In this document: positions 10,594-22,390 of the stretch, one piece after another
How the letters are laid out: the number at the start of each line of letters is the position of its first letter
Numbering within the stretch: position 1 is the first letter of the stretch
Source: Candidatus Latescibacterota bacterium
GTDB lineage: Bacteria; Latescibacterota; UBA2968; UBA8231
Assembly (NCBI GenBank): GCA_965223905.1
Contig: CBDCXV010000009.1
Location: 128,001 to 192,000, forward strand
Reading direction: 5' to 3'
Length of the DNA stretch: 64,000 bases
Made by a program: the position numbers and the translations under genes
Notes under the pieces: generated by a model
What the model saw: only the letters and a program-made list of their open reading frames with translations
Database searches by the model: none
What the model was told of the DNA's origin: nothing

Positions 10594-10659
10594 CCCCTGT
10601 GCGCGGAGATCAAGCGTACGGCGAGGGCGGACCAACTGCGTCCTTTCGCCGATGCGACC

Positions 10660-10828
10660 GCTCGCAAGGTGTCTGAGCGAGTCGTATCGGGGGTATACGG
10701 CGAGCGAAGCACCGAGGTAAGCCGGGATTGAGGGGAATCGCACAGATGAACTGGCTTGGGTTGATCCGCGATTACCCTTCGAGATGCAGCGGCGGCTGGA
10801 TTCACGGGGGATTGCGCGCGCAATCCCC
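10660..10828 (+). repeat. Dispersed degenerate intergenic repeat, copy 2 (longest), ending in a 22-bp perfect palindrome
   Basis: Similar to 5938-6087 and to the reverse complement of 51242-51342; GGGGATTGCGCGCGCAATCCCC at 10807-10828. Confidence 0.75.
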
Positions 10829-10958
10829 AGCCTGCCCCGTTAATCCGAGTTCCGAACAGGAGCCCTGGGCGAGCCGTAAGGGAGTGACGGTGAGCTGAGA
10901 AACGCCCGGAGACCGGACGCCGCGGTCGGATACCGGATAATCAGCCGCCCGCAGACGA

Positions 10959-12089
10959 CTAGCGCTCGTCCAGCGGCACGAACGGCCTCGGCTCCTCCCC
11001 GGTGTATATGTGTCCGGGGCGGATCAGGCGGTTGTTCTCGTGCTGCTCGATGACGTGGGCGGCCCAGCCGGCGATGCGGCTGGCGACGAAGATCGGCGTG
11101 AACAGGGGAATCGGAATCCCCATCATGTAGTAGGTGTAGCCGCAGGGGAAATCGACGTTGGGGTGAATCCCCTTCTCGCGGATCATCGTGGTCTCGACTG
11201 TTTCCCCCATCTCGACCCACTTCGATTCTCCGGTCGCCGCGGAGATTGCGCGCGCCACCTGCTTCATCGAGGGGACGCGCGAGTCCCCCGACTTGTACTC
11301 GCGGTGGCCGAAGCCCATGATCTTCTTCTTCTCAGCGAGGGCATCGAGCACCCACTGCTCCGCTTTCGAAGGGTCGCCGATCTCGAGCAGCATTGCCATG
11401 GCCTGCTCGTTGGCGCCGCCGTGCAGGGCTCCGGCGAGGGCGCCGATCCCGCTGGTCACGGCGGCGTGCAGATCGCTCAAGGTCGAAGCGGTCACCCGCG
11501 CTGCGAAAGCCGAGGCGTTGTACCCGTGCTCGGCGTAGAGGATCAGCGATACGTCCATCGCCGAGGTTTCGTGCCCGGCCGGGGCGCTGCCCCTCAGCAT
11601 GTACAGCAGATTCTCCGCGTGCCCGAAGGTATCGTCCGGGGCCACCGGATCCTCCCCCCGGCCCAGGCGGTAGCCCGCGGCGATCAGGGTGGGGGTCTTG
11701 GCGATGATCCGCGCCGCCTTGCGGATGTTGGCCTCGCGGCTGTTGTCTCCGGCGTCGGGGTCGTGCAGTGCCAGTGCCGAGACGCCGGTGCGCAGCAGGG
11801 TCATCGGGTGGGCGTCCGGCGGCGCCTGCGCCAGGATCTCCGCGACCTGCCCGGGGACAGTGCGTTCGGCGGCCAGGGCGGCGCTGAAGCGGTGGAGCTG
11901 TTCCGCGGTCGGCAGGTCTCCGTGGAGCAGCAGGTAGGCGACCTCCTCGTAGCTCGCCCCTTCCGTCAGGGCGACGAGGTCGTATCCGCGGATGATCAGG
12001 CGGTTGCGCTCCACGTCGATCCGGGAGATCGCGGATTCGCCGCCGATCACCCCCTCGAGACCGGGACTGTAGGCTGGCTTTTCAGACAT
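10959..12089 (-). CDS. prpC: 2-methylcitrate/citrate synthase
   Basis: GLEGV, AEHGYNAS, LHGGANE, MGFGHR, PNVDF, LIRP; directly downstream of prpB. Confidence 0.85.
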   Translation of the reverse strand: MSEKPAYSPGLEGVIGGESAISRIDVERNRLIIRGYDLVALTEGASYEEVAYLLLHGDLPTAEQLHRFSAALAAERTVPGQVAEILAQAPPDAHPMTLLRTGVSALALHDPDAGDNSREANIRKAARIIAKTPTLIAAGYRLGRGEDPVAPDDTFGHAENLLYMLRGSAPAGHETSAMDVSLILYAEHGYNASAFAARVTASTLSDLHAAVTSGIGALAGALHGGANEQAMAMLLEIGDPSKAEQWVLDALAEKKKIMGFGHREYKSGDSRVPSMKQVARAISAATGESKWVEMGETVETTMIREKGIHPNVDFPCGYTYYMMGIPIPLFTPIFVASRIAGWAAHVIEQHENNRLIRPGHIYTGEEPRPFVPLDER

Positions 12090-12092
12090 CGA

Positions 12093-13010
12093 TCAGCGTT
12101 CCTCCGATTGTTTGTCCGGGTACGCCCCGGCCAGCGCGGCGTCCGTTTCCCGGTACTCGTCGTAGCGCAGCAGGTCGTAGAGCTCCCCGCGCGTCTGCAT
12201 GCGATCCTTGAGGGCTCTCGGCGTCCCCCGCTCCATCAGCTCGGTGAGCACCCCTTCGACCGCTTTCATCATGACGCGGAAAGCCGTCATCGGGAAGATC
12301 ACCATGCGATAGCCGAGGTCGCTGAACTGCTGCGCGGTGAGGTCGGGCGTTTTCCCGAACTCGGTCATGTTGGCCAGGAGGGGCGCCTGCACGAGCTCGG
12401 CGTAGCGCCCGAATTCATCCTCCGTTTCGAGGGCCTCGATGAAGACCGCGTCGGCCCCGGACTCGAGGTAGCGCAGCCCTCGCTCGACCGCGGCGTCGAA
12501 CCCCTCGACGGCGCGCGCGTCGCAGCGGGCGATCAGGGTGAAATCCGGGTTCTCCCGCGCCGCCGCGGCGGCGGCGAGCTTGCGCTGCATCTCCTCCGTG
12601 GAGATCAGGGTCTTGCCCTCGAGATGGCCGCAGCGCTTGGGGGCCTGCTGGTCCTCGAGGTGGACGCCGGCGAGGCCTGCGCGCTCGAAGGCCTGGACGG
12701 CCCGCATTACCTGCAGGGCCTCTCCGAACCCGGTGTCGGCGTCGCAGATCGCCGGAACCTCGACCGCCTGGGCGATGTACGCGGCTTCGCGAACCACCTC
12801 CTCCATGCCCAGCAGCCCGATGTCGGGGTAGCCCGCGGTGCCGTTGATAAGCCCCGCTCCGGAGATGTAGAGCGCCTCGAACCCGGTGCGCTCGGCGAGC
12901 ATGGCCACGGGCGCGTTGAACACTCCCGGCATGACGACGGTCTTTCCAGCGATGGCGCCGCGGAACGCCGCGCACTTCCGAGCCGGTGATGTGCGGGGCT
13001 TCAGAAGCAA
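12093..13010 (-). CDS. prpB: Methylisocitrate lyase
   Basis: YISGAG, DADTGFG, KRCGHL, IARCDAR, ANMTEFGKTP, MQTRGELY; start uncertain (TTG at 13010 assumed). Confidence 0.9.
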   Translation of the reverse strand: MLLKPRTSPARKCAAFRGAIAGKTVVMPGVFNAPVAMLAERTGFEALYISGAGLINGTAGYPDIGLLGMEEVVREAAYIAQAVEVPAICDADTGFGEALQVMRAVQAFERAGLAGVHLEDQQAPKRCGHLEGKTLISTEEMQRKLAAAAAARENPDFTLIARCDARAVEGFDAAVERGLRYLESGADAVFIEALETEDEFGRYAELVQAPLLANMTEFGKTPDLTAQQFSDLGYRMVIFPMTAFRVMMKAVEGVLTELMERGTPRALKDRMQTRGELYDLLRYDEYRETDAALAGAYPDKQSEER

Positions 13011-13113
13011 GGGCAGGCGCTCTGCGGAGGAGTTTGACGCCGCCGGAGCTCCGCGAAATGGGGCATCCGGCCGCGGTGGGCGAGGTCCATCAGGCAGCGC
13101 TCGGGAAGCGGCT

Positions 13114-14412
13114 TCACCGTCCGGCCCCCAGACCGCCGCCTGCAATCGTGGCGTCGCGGTCGGCCCCGACCGAAATCAGCGACACCGGGGCGCCGGTGAG
13201 CTCGCTGATGCGCCCGACGTAGCGGCGCGCCTCCTCGGGAAGCTCCTCGATCCTGCGGGCATCGGTGGTCGGCGTGCACCACCCGGGCAGTTCCTCGTAG
13301 ATCGGGGTGCAGCGCTCGAGCACGCGGGAATCCATCGGGAACTCCTCGACCGTCTCCCCTTCGAGCCGGTACCCCGTGCACAGCTTCAGCCGGTCGACCG
13401 TGTCGAGGATGTCGAGCCGGGTAATTGCCAGGCTCGTCAGGCCGTTGACGAGGCGTGCCCGCCGCAGGATCGTCGCGTCGAACCAGCCGCAGCGCCGCGG
13501 CCGGCCGGTGGTCGCGCCGTATTCACGGCCGAGCTCGCGAATGCGGTCCCCCTCTTTTCCGAGCAGCTCCGTCGGGAAGGGACCGTTGCCGACCCGGGTC
13601 GTGTACGCCTTGGTGACTCCGATAACCTCGTCTATGCGCGTCGGCCCGATGCCGGTGCCGGTGCAGGCGCCTCCCGCGGTCGTGTTCGACGAGGTGACGA
13701 ACGGGTAGGTGCCGTGGTCGATGTCGAGGAGGGTGCCCTGGGCCCCCTCGAACAGCACCGTCCTGCCGTCGTCGAGCATGTTGTTGAGCAGCACCGACGT
13801 ATCGGTCACGAAGGGGCGCAGGCGCTCGGCGCTGGCCAGGCAGGCATCGACGATGGCGGCTTCGTCGAGAGGCTCCAGCCCGTAGATGCGGGTGAGGATC
13901 CGGTTCTTGGCACTGACCGTGCCGGTCAGCTTCTCGCGCAGGGGTCCGGCGTCGAGCAGGTCGATCACCCTGAGGCCGTGGACCCTTTCGACCTTGTCGC
14001 GGTAGGCGGGGCCGATGCCGCGCAGGGTCGTGCCGAGTTTTTCGTTTCCACGGCTCTCCTCCCCGGCCTTTTCGAGCACCTTGTGATACGACATCACGAG
14101 ATGGGCGGTGGCGCTGATGAACAGGCGCCCGTCGACGGAGATGCCGCGCCCGGCCAGCTCGTCGAGCTCCTGCAGCAGCGCCTCGGGGTCGAGCACCACC
14201 CCGTTGCCGATGACGCAGGTCTTGCCGGGGTGCAGGATTCCGGCGGGAATGACGTGAAAGATGAAGACATCGTCCCCCACCTTGACTGTGTGCCCGGCGT
14301 TGGCGCCCCCCTGGTAGCGCACCACGCAGTCCGCTTCGTCGGTCAGATAGTCGACGACCTTGGCCTTTCCCTCGTCCCCCCACTGGGCGCCGAGAACCAC
14401 TTTGGTCGGCAT
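13114..14412 (-). CDS. purA: Adenylosuccinate synthetase
   Basis: GAQWGDEGKAK, GGANAGHT, FEGAQG, GATTGRPRRCGW. Confidence 0.98.
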   Translation of the reverse strand: MPTKVVLGAQWGDEGKAKVVDYLTDEADCVVRYQGGANAGHTVKVGDDVFIFHVIPAGILHPGKTCVIGNGVVLDPEALLQELDELAGRGISVDGRLFISATAHLVMSYHKVLEKAGEESRGNEKLGTTLRGIGPAYRDKVERVHGLRVIDLLDAGPLREKLTGTVSAKNRILTRIYGLEPLDEAAIVDACLASAERLRPFVTDTSVLLNNMLDDGRTVLFEGAQGTLLDIDHGTYPFVTSSNTTAGGACTGTGIGPTRIDEVIGVTKAYTTRVGNGPFPTELLGKEGDRIRELGREYGATTGRPRRCGWFDATILRRARLVNGLTSLAITRLDILDTVDRLKLCTGYRLEGETVEEFPMDSRVLERCTPIYEELPGWCTPTTDARRIEELPEEARRYVGRISELTGAPVSLISVGADRDATIAGGGLGAGR

Positions 14413-14433
14413 GGCCGCTCCCCTACCTGCCTC

Positions 14434-16013
14434 TCACAGGCTGACCCGGGTCGCCCACTTGACCTGGTCGCTGGCCAGCAGCTCGTCGAGCACGGCGTCC
14501 GGTATCCTGCTGTCGACGTTGAGGATGGTCAGGGCGCGCCCGCCGACCTGCTGCCGGCCGCAGGACATCTGCGCGATGTTGACCCCATGGGACCCCATGA
14601 TGGTGCCGACGCGCCCGATGACACCGGGGATGTCCTCGTTGATGTAGAAAAGCATGTTTCCTTCCGGGACGGCGTCGAAGTGGTAGTCGTCGAGGCGCAC
14701 GATGCGCGGGTCGCTCTTGCCGAAAATCGTCCCTGACAGCACCCGTTCGCTGCCGGCGTGGTAGACGACTGTGATCATGCTGGCGAAGTCCTCCGGCTCG
14801 CTGCTCTTCAGCTCGTCGACCGAGAGGCCTCGTTCCTGGGCGAAGATCGGGGCGTTGACGAAGTTGACGATCTCGTCGGAAATCGTCTCCATGAGGCCCT
14901 TGAGGACCGCCGCGGTGATCGGCGAGGTCGGGTGGTTGGTGACTTCGCCGTGATACTCCACGGTGATCCGCTCCAGCTGTCCGGTTCCGAGCTGCGCCTG
15001 AATCCGCCCCATGCGCTCGGCGAGATCTAGGTAGGGTTGCAGCGTCCGGTACACCTCCGGCTCGACATCGGGAAGGTTGACGGCGTTGCGGACCGGCATG
15101 TCGGTCAACGTCTCGCCGACCTGTTCCGCTACCTGCAGCGCCACGCTCGCCTGTGCTTCCTCGGTAGAGGCCCCGATATGGGGGGTGCAGACGACGGAAT
15201 CGTGGAAAACCAGCTCGTTCTCCTCGCCGGGGGGTTCCTGCTCGAGCACGTCGAGGGCGGCCCCGGCGACCTTGCCGGAGTTCAGGCCCTCGAGCAGGGC
15301 CTCTTCGTCGACGATGCCGCCGCGAGCGCAGTTGATGATGCGCACGCCATCCTTGCAGGAAGCGATCTGTTCCCGGGAAAGGTAGTGCCGCGTCTGGTCG
15401 GTCAGATGAAGGTGGATGCTGATGAAATCCGACTCTGCGTAGAGCTGTTCGAGGGGTACCAGCTGGGCGCCGTGCGAAAGGGCGGCCTCGGCCGAGACGT
15501 AGGGATCGTGCCCGAGAACGCGCATGTGAAAGGCACCGGCCCGATGCGCCACCTCGCGGCCGACCTTGCCGAGACCGACGATGCCGAGGGTCTTTCCGGC
15601 GAGCTCGACCCCGGTGAAGCGGGTGCGTTCCCAACGGCCGGTGCGTACCGATGCCGACGCCCCGGGAATCTGCCGTGCAAGCGCCAGGAGCAGCCCGAAG
15701 CAGTGCTCGGCGGTAGAGGTCGAGTTGCCCCCGGGGGTGTTCATCACCACGATCCCGCGGCGGCTCGCCGCGGCGACGTCGATGTTGTCGACCCCGGCGC
15801 CGGCGCGGCCGATCACCCGCAGACGATTGCCCGCGCCAATCACCTCCTCGGTGACCTTGGTGCTCGAACGCACGATCAGCCCCTCGTAGTCGCCGATCGC
15901 TTCGAGGAGCCCTGCGGGCGTCAGGTCGGTGCGCACCTCGACCGAAATCCCCGGAAAGCGCGCCAGCAGATCGACGCAGCCGGGATCCATGGGGTCGCTG
16001 ATTAGGACTTTCA

Positions 16014-16014
<1 letters not shown>
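14434..16014 (-). CDS. serA: D-3-phosphoglycerate dehydrogenase (long form with ASB and ACT domains)
   Basis: IGRAGAGVDN, GLGKVG, INCARG, TPHIGAST, C-terminal DIPGVIG ACT domain; start MKVLISD. Confidence 0.95.
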
Positions 16015-16625
<611 letters not shown>

Positions 16626-16647
16626 AGCCTGTGGGGCCGGGTCCCGG

Positions 16648-17898
16648 TCATGCCCGCTGGCGCATTATTTCGTTTTCGTCGTCGATGTTTTCGACCCCTT
16701 TCAGGATCATCTCGGACGTCACGACGAGCTCTCCGACGTTGTCGCGGGAGGGGGTGTCGTACATGATATCCATCATCGACTGCTCGAGCACCGAGCGCAA
16801 ACCGCGAGCCCCGGTACTCTTCCTGACCGTCAGGTCCACGACCGTATGCAGCGCCTCTTCGGTAAAATCGAGGGTGACCCCGTCGATCTCGAACAGCCTG
16901 CATACCTGCCTGACGATGGCGTTCTTCGGTTCCGTCAGGATCCGGAACAGGTCTTCCTCGGTGAGCGGGTCCATGGTGGTAACCACCGGGACGCGTCCCA
17001 CGTACTCCGGAATCAGCCCGTACGCCAGCAGGTCCTCGGGCTGGACCTCGCTCAGCACCGCCATCGGATCGGTATCGTGGGTTTCCGAATCGTCCGCGGC
17101 GCCGAATCCGAGGGTGCGGCGTCCCACGCGATGGGAGATGATCTTCTCCAGCCCCTCGAAGGCGCCTCCGCAAATGAAGAGGATGTTGCCGGTGTTGATC
17201 TGGATCATCGACTGCTCTGGATGCTTGCGCCCTCCCTTCGGCGGGATGTTGGCGACCGTGCCTTCGAGGATTTTCAGGAGGGCCTGCTGCACTCCTTCCC
17301 CCGATACGTCGCGGCTCACCGCAGGGGTGGCGGACTTGCGCGCGATCTTGTCGACCTCGTCGAGGTAGACGATCCCCTTCTCGGCGCGCGCGACGTCGTA
17401 GTCGGCGGCCTGCAGCAGTCCGACGAGGATGTTCTCGACGTCTTCGCCGACGTACCCGGCTTCGGTCAGGATGGTGGCGTCGGCTATGGAGAACGGCACC
17501 TGAAGCACCTTCGCCAGGGTCTGGGCCAGCAATGTTTTCCCGGTACCGGTGGGCCCGACGAGAATGATGTTGCTCTTCTCGAGCTCGACCTCGTCGAGGG
17601 AGACGTTGGACCGGATGCGCTTGTAGTGGTTGTACACAGCCACCGAAAGGATCTTCTTGGCCCGGTCCTGCCCGATGACGTAGTCGTCGAGAAACGATTT
17701 GATGTCGAGCGGTTTGGGCAGGGCTCCGGTTTCCCAAGGCGTCTGCTTCCTGTTTTCCGCCAGCACCTCGTTGCAGAGCTTCACGCACTCGTTGCAGATG
17801 TGCACGGACGGACCGGTAATGATCTTTTCGACCTGGGAGGCTCCGCGGGCGCAGAAGGAGCATTTCGGGTCGGTCTTGGAAGGAGGACGGCGTTTCAC
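16648..17898 (-). CDS. clpX: ATP-dependent Clp protease ATP-binding subunit
   Basis: CSFC...CNEC zinc finger, [28 protein letters not shown] loop, TGARGLR. Confidence 0.98.
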   Translation of the reverse strand: MKRRPPSKTDPKCSFCARGASQVEKIITGPSVHICNECVKLCNEVLAENRKQTPWETGALPKPLDIKSFLDDYVIGQDRAKKILSVAVYNHYKRIRSNVSLDEVELEKSNIILVGPTGTGKTLLAQTLAKVLQVPFSIADATILTEAGYVGEDVENILVGLLQAADYDVARAEKGIVYLDEVDKIARKSATPAVSRDVSGEGVQQALLKILEGTVANIPPKGGRKHPEQSMIQINTGNILFICGGAFEGLEKIISHRVGRRTLGFGAADDSETHDTDPMAVLSEVQPEDLLAYGLIPEYVGRVPVVTTMDPLTEEDLFRILTEPKNAIVRQVCRLFEIDGVTLDFTEEALHTVVDLTVRKSTGARGLRSVLEQSMMDIMYDTPSRDNVGELVVTSEMILKGVENIDDENEIMRQRA

Positions 17899-17924
17899 TC
17901 TGTTTCAGCTGTTTGAACGGGGTG

Positions 17925-18536
17925 TCAGCCGGCCGCTTCTGCAGACTGGGCGATTCCGGTTGGTTGGATGATCTCGTCGATGAGTCCGTACTCGAGCGCT
18001 TCGTCGGGGCTCATGTAGAAGTCCCGTTCCGTGTCCCTGCGTATCGTCCCGAGATCCTTGCCGGTGCAGTCGGCGAGAATGTCGTTGATCTGCTCGCGAA
18101 TCTCGATAATCTCGCGAGCGTGGATCTCCATGTCGGAGGCCTGGCCGCCGATGCCCCCCATCGGCTGATGGAGTAGAATGCGCGCATTGGGCAGGCTCTG
18201 GCGCTTCCCCCTGGCGCCGCCGGCCAGGAGCACGGCCGACATGCTCGAGGCCTGGCCCATGCAGATCGTGGCGATGTCGGGCTGGACGTACTGCATGGTG
18301 TCGAATACCGCCATCCCCGCGGTCACCGATCCACCCGGGCTGTTGATGTACAGCGAGATGTCCCGCTTGGGATCTTCGGAAGCGAGAAACAGCATCTGGG
18401 CGATGGCGAGGTTGGCGATCCCGTCCCCTATCGGCGTACCGATGAAGATGATGCGCTCCTTGAGCAGGCGGGAGTAGATGTCATACGAGCGTTCGCCTCT
18501 GCCCGTCTGCTCTATCACCATGGGTATCAGGGACAC
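17925..18536 (-). CDS. clpP: ATP-dependent Clp protease proteolytic subunit
   Basis: [27 protein letters not shown]. Confidence 0.98.
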   Translation of the reverse strand: MSLIPMVIEQTGRGERSYDIYSRLLKERIIFIGTPIGDGIANLAIAQMLFLASEDPKRDISLYINSPGGSVTAGMAVFDTMQYVQPDIATICMGQASSMSAVLLAGGARGKRQSLPNARILLHQPMGGIGGQASDMEIHAREIIEIREQINDILADCTGKDLGTIRRDTERDFYMSPDEALEYGLIDEIIQPTGIAQSAEAAG

Positions 18537-19810
18537 TATATCGACTCCTCGCGTATTTCGGCGCGTTCGCCAAGGTACTCGAATATCTTTTCGTTCTCCA
18601 ACTCCCGCCTGACATCGTCGGCTCGGGGGGATCTTTTCAGGTCGGCCGCCTTAAATCCGAGCTGTTGCGCCCGTTCTTCGAAGAAATCGGCGGTCTCTTC
18701 CTCGGTGACCTCGAGGTTCAGCTTCTTTCTCAACCCATCCAGCAGCAGTGAAGTCTTCAGGTTCCTGATAATGGCGGTCCGCTCCTCGCCTGTAATCTCG
18801 GGATGTTCTTCATGTTCATCGTGATGTTCGTGTTCGGCCTCCCGTTCCTCCTTCATTCTCTCGATATAGCTCTCTACCAGACGGTCCGGCAGGTCGAACG
18901 GGTTGCCCCTGATGAGGCCGTCGATCAGATCGCTCCTCTCCTTTCGCCGCGCCAGGGAATTCCAGGTTTCCTGAAGCTGCCCGCGCAGGTACTCGCGCAG
19001 CGCCTCGAGACTGTCGAACCGGTCCCCGAGGTCCTTGGCTAACTCGTCGTCCAGCTCGGGAAGGGTGCGCTCCCGGACCTCCCTGGCGGTTACGTTGAAA
19101 GACCGCTTCTGTCCGGCGAGATCCTGATTGGGCAGATCCTCCCGGTAGGAGAAGTCGACGCGCCGTTCTTCGCCGGCGCGGATCCCGATGAGAGCCTCTT
19201 CGAACTGCGGGCTCGGGGCGTCGTCGGAGCCGATGAGGAAATACCGCTCCTCGTAGCGGTCGCCGACCAGGGCCACTCCCTCCTCGGTGACCCCCTGCAG
19301 GTCGGCAATGAGCACGTCCCCCTTTTCGAGAGACCGCTCCACCGACATCTCGGTGGCGTTACGCTGCCGCAGCTTGTCGAGCTCGCCGTTGACCTCCTCG
19401 TCGCCGACCCCGTGGGTCATCCTGGAAACCGCGAGCCCTTCGTAGTTCTCGACATCGATCTGCGGCCAGATGTCCATGGTGGCCTTGAAAGTGAGAGGCT
19501 TTCCGGGCTCGTGTTGATCCATGGAGATCGTCGGGGTGCTGGCCGGCACGATGTCGGCCGCCTGTGCGGCCTCGTGCACCAGGTCCGGAAGCAGGCGGGT
19601 GACCACGTCGTGGCGAATCGATGCGCCGTATCGCGACTCGATGACGCGCATAGGCACCTTGCCTTTGCGAAACCCGGGGATTTCGAGCCTTTTGCGGTAC
19701 TTGCGGACGGCGGTGGCCACTTCCGAGTCGATGCGTTCGGCCGGGACCTCGACCTCAAGCTCGCGTTCCCACTGCCCTTTTTCGATTACGTTGGTTCTGA
19801 CTTCCGACAA
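18536..19810 (-). CDS. tig: Trigger factor
   Basis: [10 protein letters not shown] ribosome-binding signature, FKBP-like middle domain, LPELDDE; tig-clpP-clpX order. Confidence 0.95.
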   Translation of the reverse strand: MSEVRTNVIEKGQWERELEVEVPAERIDSEVATAVRKYRKRLEIPGFRKGKVPMRVIESRYGASIRHDVVTRLLPDLVHEAAQAADIVPASTPTISMDQHEPGKPLTFKATMDIWPQIDVENYEGLAVSRMTHGVGDEEVNGELDKLRQRNATEMSVERSLEKGDVLIADLQGVTEEGVALVGDRYEERYFLIGSDDAPSPQFEEALIGIRAGEERRVDFSYREDLPNQDLAGQKRSFNVTAREVRERTLPELDDELAKDLGDRFDSLEALREYLRGQLQETWNSLARRKERSDLIDGLIRGNPFDLPDRLVESYIERMKEEREAEHEHHDEHEEHPEITGEERTAIIRNLKTSLLLDGLRKKLNLEVTEEETADFFEERAQQLGFKAADLKRSPRADDVRRELENEKIFEYLGERAEIREESI

Positions 19811-19940
19811 GGGGGACCTTGAAGTTTATGTGGATTTAGTTAAAAAAACCGGTTCCGTGGATGGTTCGGCAAAGATGAATGAGGGGCAGCGGCGCGACTT
19901 TGGTTTGGGCCGCGCAGTTCGTGGGGTGGAGTGTTTTCCG

Positions 19941-20024
19941 TGCGGAAGGGGGGACTCGAACCCCCAAGCCCGTTAGGGCACCAGATCCTAAATCTGGCGC
20001 GTCTGCCAGTTCCGCCACTCCCGC
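19941..20024 (-). tRNA. tRNA-Leu (anticodon TAG), CCA not encoded
   Basis: GCGGGAG TGGCGGAACTGGCAGACGCG CCAGA TT-TAG-GA TCTGG, long variable arm, GGGGG-TTCGAGT-CCCCC, CTTCCGC-A. Confidence 0.96.
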
Positions 20025-20055
20025 TTGCGACCTGCTGTTTTTTGCCTCCAACTAA

Positions 20056-20089
20056 AATTACCAACGCCCCGAGCGGAACGTTGGTAATT
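20056..20089 (-). terminator. Inverted repeat between glyQS and tRNA-Leu (terminator or operator)
   Basis: AATTACCAACG-N12-CGTTGGTAATT, followed by a T-rich stretch on the minus strand. Confidence 0.45.
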
Positions 20090-20127
20090 GGTTGAATTCG
20101 GAAATATAGGTTTGGGCCTCTAGGGGG

Positions 20128-21528
20128 TCAAGATAAGGAGGGCTGGCTCGAGCCCGGATCCGGGTGCCTCCAGCTGGCGGTTCGGTGGGCGATTTCAGCG
20201 CCGAGGCTGTCCATGGCAACGCGGTCCTGTTCCATGGAATCCCGTTCCCGAAGGGTGACCGTTCCGTCTTCGAGGGTCTGCGAATCGACGGTCAGGCAGA
20301 ACGGGGTGCCGACTTCGTCCATGCGGCGATAGCGGCGCCCGATAGCCCCCCCCTCGTCGTAGAAAACGCGAAACTCGGAACGCAGGTCTTCGACGATCCG
20401 GCGCGCCACGTCCGGCATGCCGTCCCGCTTTACCAGGGGCAGGACGGCTGCCTTGATCGGGGCGATTTTCGGGTGGAAGCGCATCACCACACGTCTGTCG
20501 CCCCTGACCTCCTCTTCGCTGTAGGCGTTGACCAGGCACATCATAGCGGAACGGGTGGCGCCGACCGCGGTTTCCACCACCGCCGGCAATACCTTCTCGC
20601 GCGATTCCTCGTTGAAGTAGCGCAGGGCCTTTCCCGAGAACTCCTCGTGCCGGCCGAGGTCGAACTGCCCTCGGTTGTGGACCCCTTCGATTTCCCCCCA
20701 CCCGAATGGAAACTCGTACTGGATGTCGAATGCCGCACTGGCGTAATGGGCGAGCTCGGCGCCGACATGTTCATGCCAGCGCATTCGCGCCTCCGGGATC
20801 CCGAGCTCGACGAACCACTTCCAGCGCTGCTCCTTCCAGTACTCGAACCATACGTCCTCGGTTCCCGGCTGGACGAAGTACTGCATCTCCATCTGCTCGA
20901 ATTCCCGCACGCGGAACAAGAAATTCCTGGTGTTGATCTCGTTGCGAAACGACTTGCCGATCTGGGCGATGCCGAAAGGCAGTTTCTGGCGCATTGCGGT
21001 CTGCACGTTGAGGAAGTTGACGAAGATCCCCTGCGCGGTTTCCGGCCGCAGGTAGGTGACGGAGGCATCGTCCTCAACGGGGCCGACGTGGGTCTTGAAC
21101 ATCAGGTTGAAATGGCGCGGCTCGGAGAGCTCGTTTCCCCTCGGGCTTCTCAGGCCGAGCTCGGCGAGCTTCGCCGACATCTCCTCGAAGCTCCAGCCGG
21201 TGGGGTCGACGCCGTTCTCCTCGAGAACGTGATCGAGACGGAAACGCTCGTGGGTTTTCTTGTCTTCGACGAGAGGGTCGTGAAAACCGTCGACGTGCCC
21301 GGAAGCCTCCCATACCCGCGGGTGCATCAGAATGCTGGCGTCTATACCCTCGACGTCCTCGCGATAGGTCATCGCCCGCCACCACGATTCCTTGACGTTG
21401 CGCAGCAGCTCGGCGCCGAGCGGACCGTAGTCCCAGCAGCCGTTGAGGCCGCCGTAGATCTCGGAGCTCTGAAAAATGAACCCTTTGCGTTTGCACAGGG
21501 ACACGATCTTTTCCATTACCTGTTCCAT
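20128..21528 (-). CDS. glyQS: Glycine--tRNA ligase, alpha2 (homodimeric) type
   Basis: SSEIYGG..DYGPLG, YLRPETAQGIF, FRNEI, REFEQME, IGRRYRRMDE anticodon domain. Confidence 0.96.
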   Translation of the reverse strand: MEQVMEKIVSLCKRKGFIFQSSEIYGGLNGCWDYGPLGAELLRNVKESWWRAMTYREDVEGIDASILMHPRVWEASGHVDGFHDPLVEDKKTHERFRLDHVLEENGVDPTGWSFEEMSAKLAELGLRSPRGNELSEPRHFNLMFKTHVGPVEDDASVTYLRPETAQGIFVNFLNVQTAMRQKLPFGIAQIGKSFRNEINTRNFLFRVREFEQMEMQYFVQPGTEDVWFEYWKEQRWKWFVELGIPEARMRWHEHVGAELAHYASAAFDIQYEFPFGWGEIEGVHNRGQFDLGRHEEFSGKALRYFNEESREKVLPAVVETAVGATRSAMMCLVNAYSEEEVRGDRRVVMRFHPKIAPIKAAVLPLVKRDGMPDVARRIVEDLRSEFRVFYDEGGAIGRRYRRMDEVGTPFCLTVDSQTLEDGTVTLRERDSMEQDRVAMDSLGAEIAHRTASWRHPDPGSSQPSLS

Positions 21529-21541
21529 ACCTGCCGATTCC

Positions 21542-22387
21542 TCAATGCAAGAATTCGAGGGCCTTCAGGCGGCCGCCCGCGCCCCCGTGGTACTCGAGAA
21601 AACCGCCGAGCATCGCGCGTATCTCCCCGCATCCGGGAGGCTCCGGCGGAATCGCTTCTTTACGATACATGCGGATGTTCTGCAGGCGCGCGAGAAAGCC
21701 GAGGCTGTCTCCGGCGACGCGGTGACCGCCGCTGCGGGAGTAGCGCGCCCGTGCAGTTTCATGCGTATCGCCGTCTATTGCTCCTCCCGCGAGGTAGCCG
21801 TCATCCTCCGGGACGGCCTCGGCGCGGTGGCAGTCGCCGCACAGGCCGCCGCCGAGTCCGGCGCTGAAGTAGGGTGCTTCGCAACCGGAGAGCGCGGCGT
21901 TGCAGGAAACGCAGCCGCTGAGCTCGGGCCGGTACCCCAACGCCTCGGCGAGGCGCAGCTGAAAGTACCAGAACAGCGACTCGATCTGTTCCGGCTCCAC
22001 CTCCTCGAGAGCGGCAAGTACACCGGTCAGACATCTGTAGAGCCGCAGATTCGGCTCCTGCTCGATGGTGATGCGGTCGACCGACTCGCATGCTGCGCTG
22101 GCGAATGACAGACGCCGGTAATCGCGCAGCAGGGCGGGGAACGACTGCAGGACGTCGCATTCGCTCAGGATCTGCAGTTCGCGATCCTCCCGCATGTAGC
22201 AGACGGCCTGCATTTCCGTCATCACCTCGAGGGCAGCGCCGAACTTGCTCTTCGGGCGGCGGGCCCCTTTCGCGGTAACCTTCAGCTTGCCGAACTCCTC
22301 GGAGTAGAGGGTCACCAACTTGCTCGTCTCTCCCATGCGCCGGGTGCGGACGACGACGGCCCGTGTCTTGACGATCTGCCTTCCCAC
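21542..22387 (-). CDS. recO: DNA repair protein RecO
   Basis: GETSKLVTLYS, AKGARRPKS, CVSC...GGGLCGDC zinc finger. Confidence 0.92.
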   Translation of the reverse strand: MGRQIVKTRAVVVRTRRMGETSKLVTLYSEEFGKLKVTAKGARRPKSKFGAALEVMTEMQAVCYMREDRELQILSECDVLQSFPALLRDYRRLSFASAACESVDRITIEQEPNLRLYRCLTGVLAALEEVEPEQIESLFWYFQLRLAEALGYRPELSGCVSCNAALSGCEAPYFSAGLGGGLCGDCHRAEAVPEDDGYLAGGAIDGDTHETARARYSRSGGHRVAGDSLGFLARLQNIRMYRKEAIPPEPPGCGEIRAMLGGFLEYHGGAGGRLKALEFLH

Positions 22388-22390
22388 TCT

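Noticed and set aside
19941-20024. tRNA-Leu as an integration site for an island
   Set aside because: It is flanked by tig and glyQS; no integrase and no duplicated tRNA 3' end seen.
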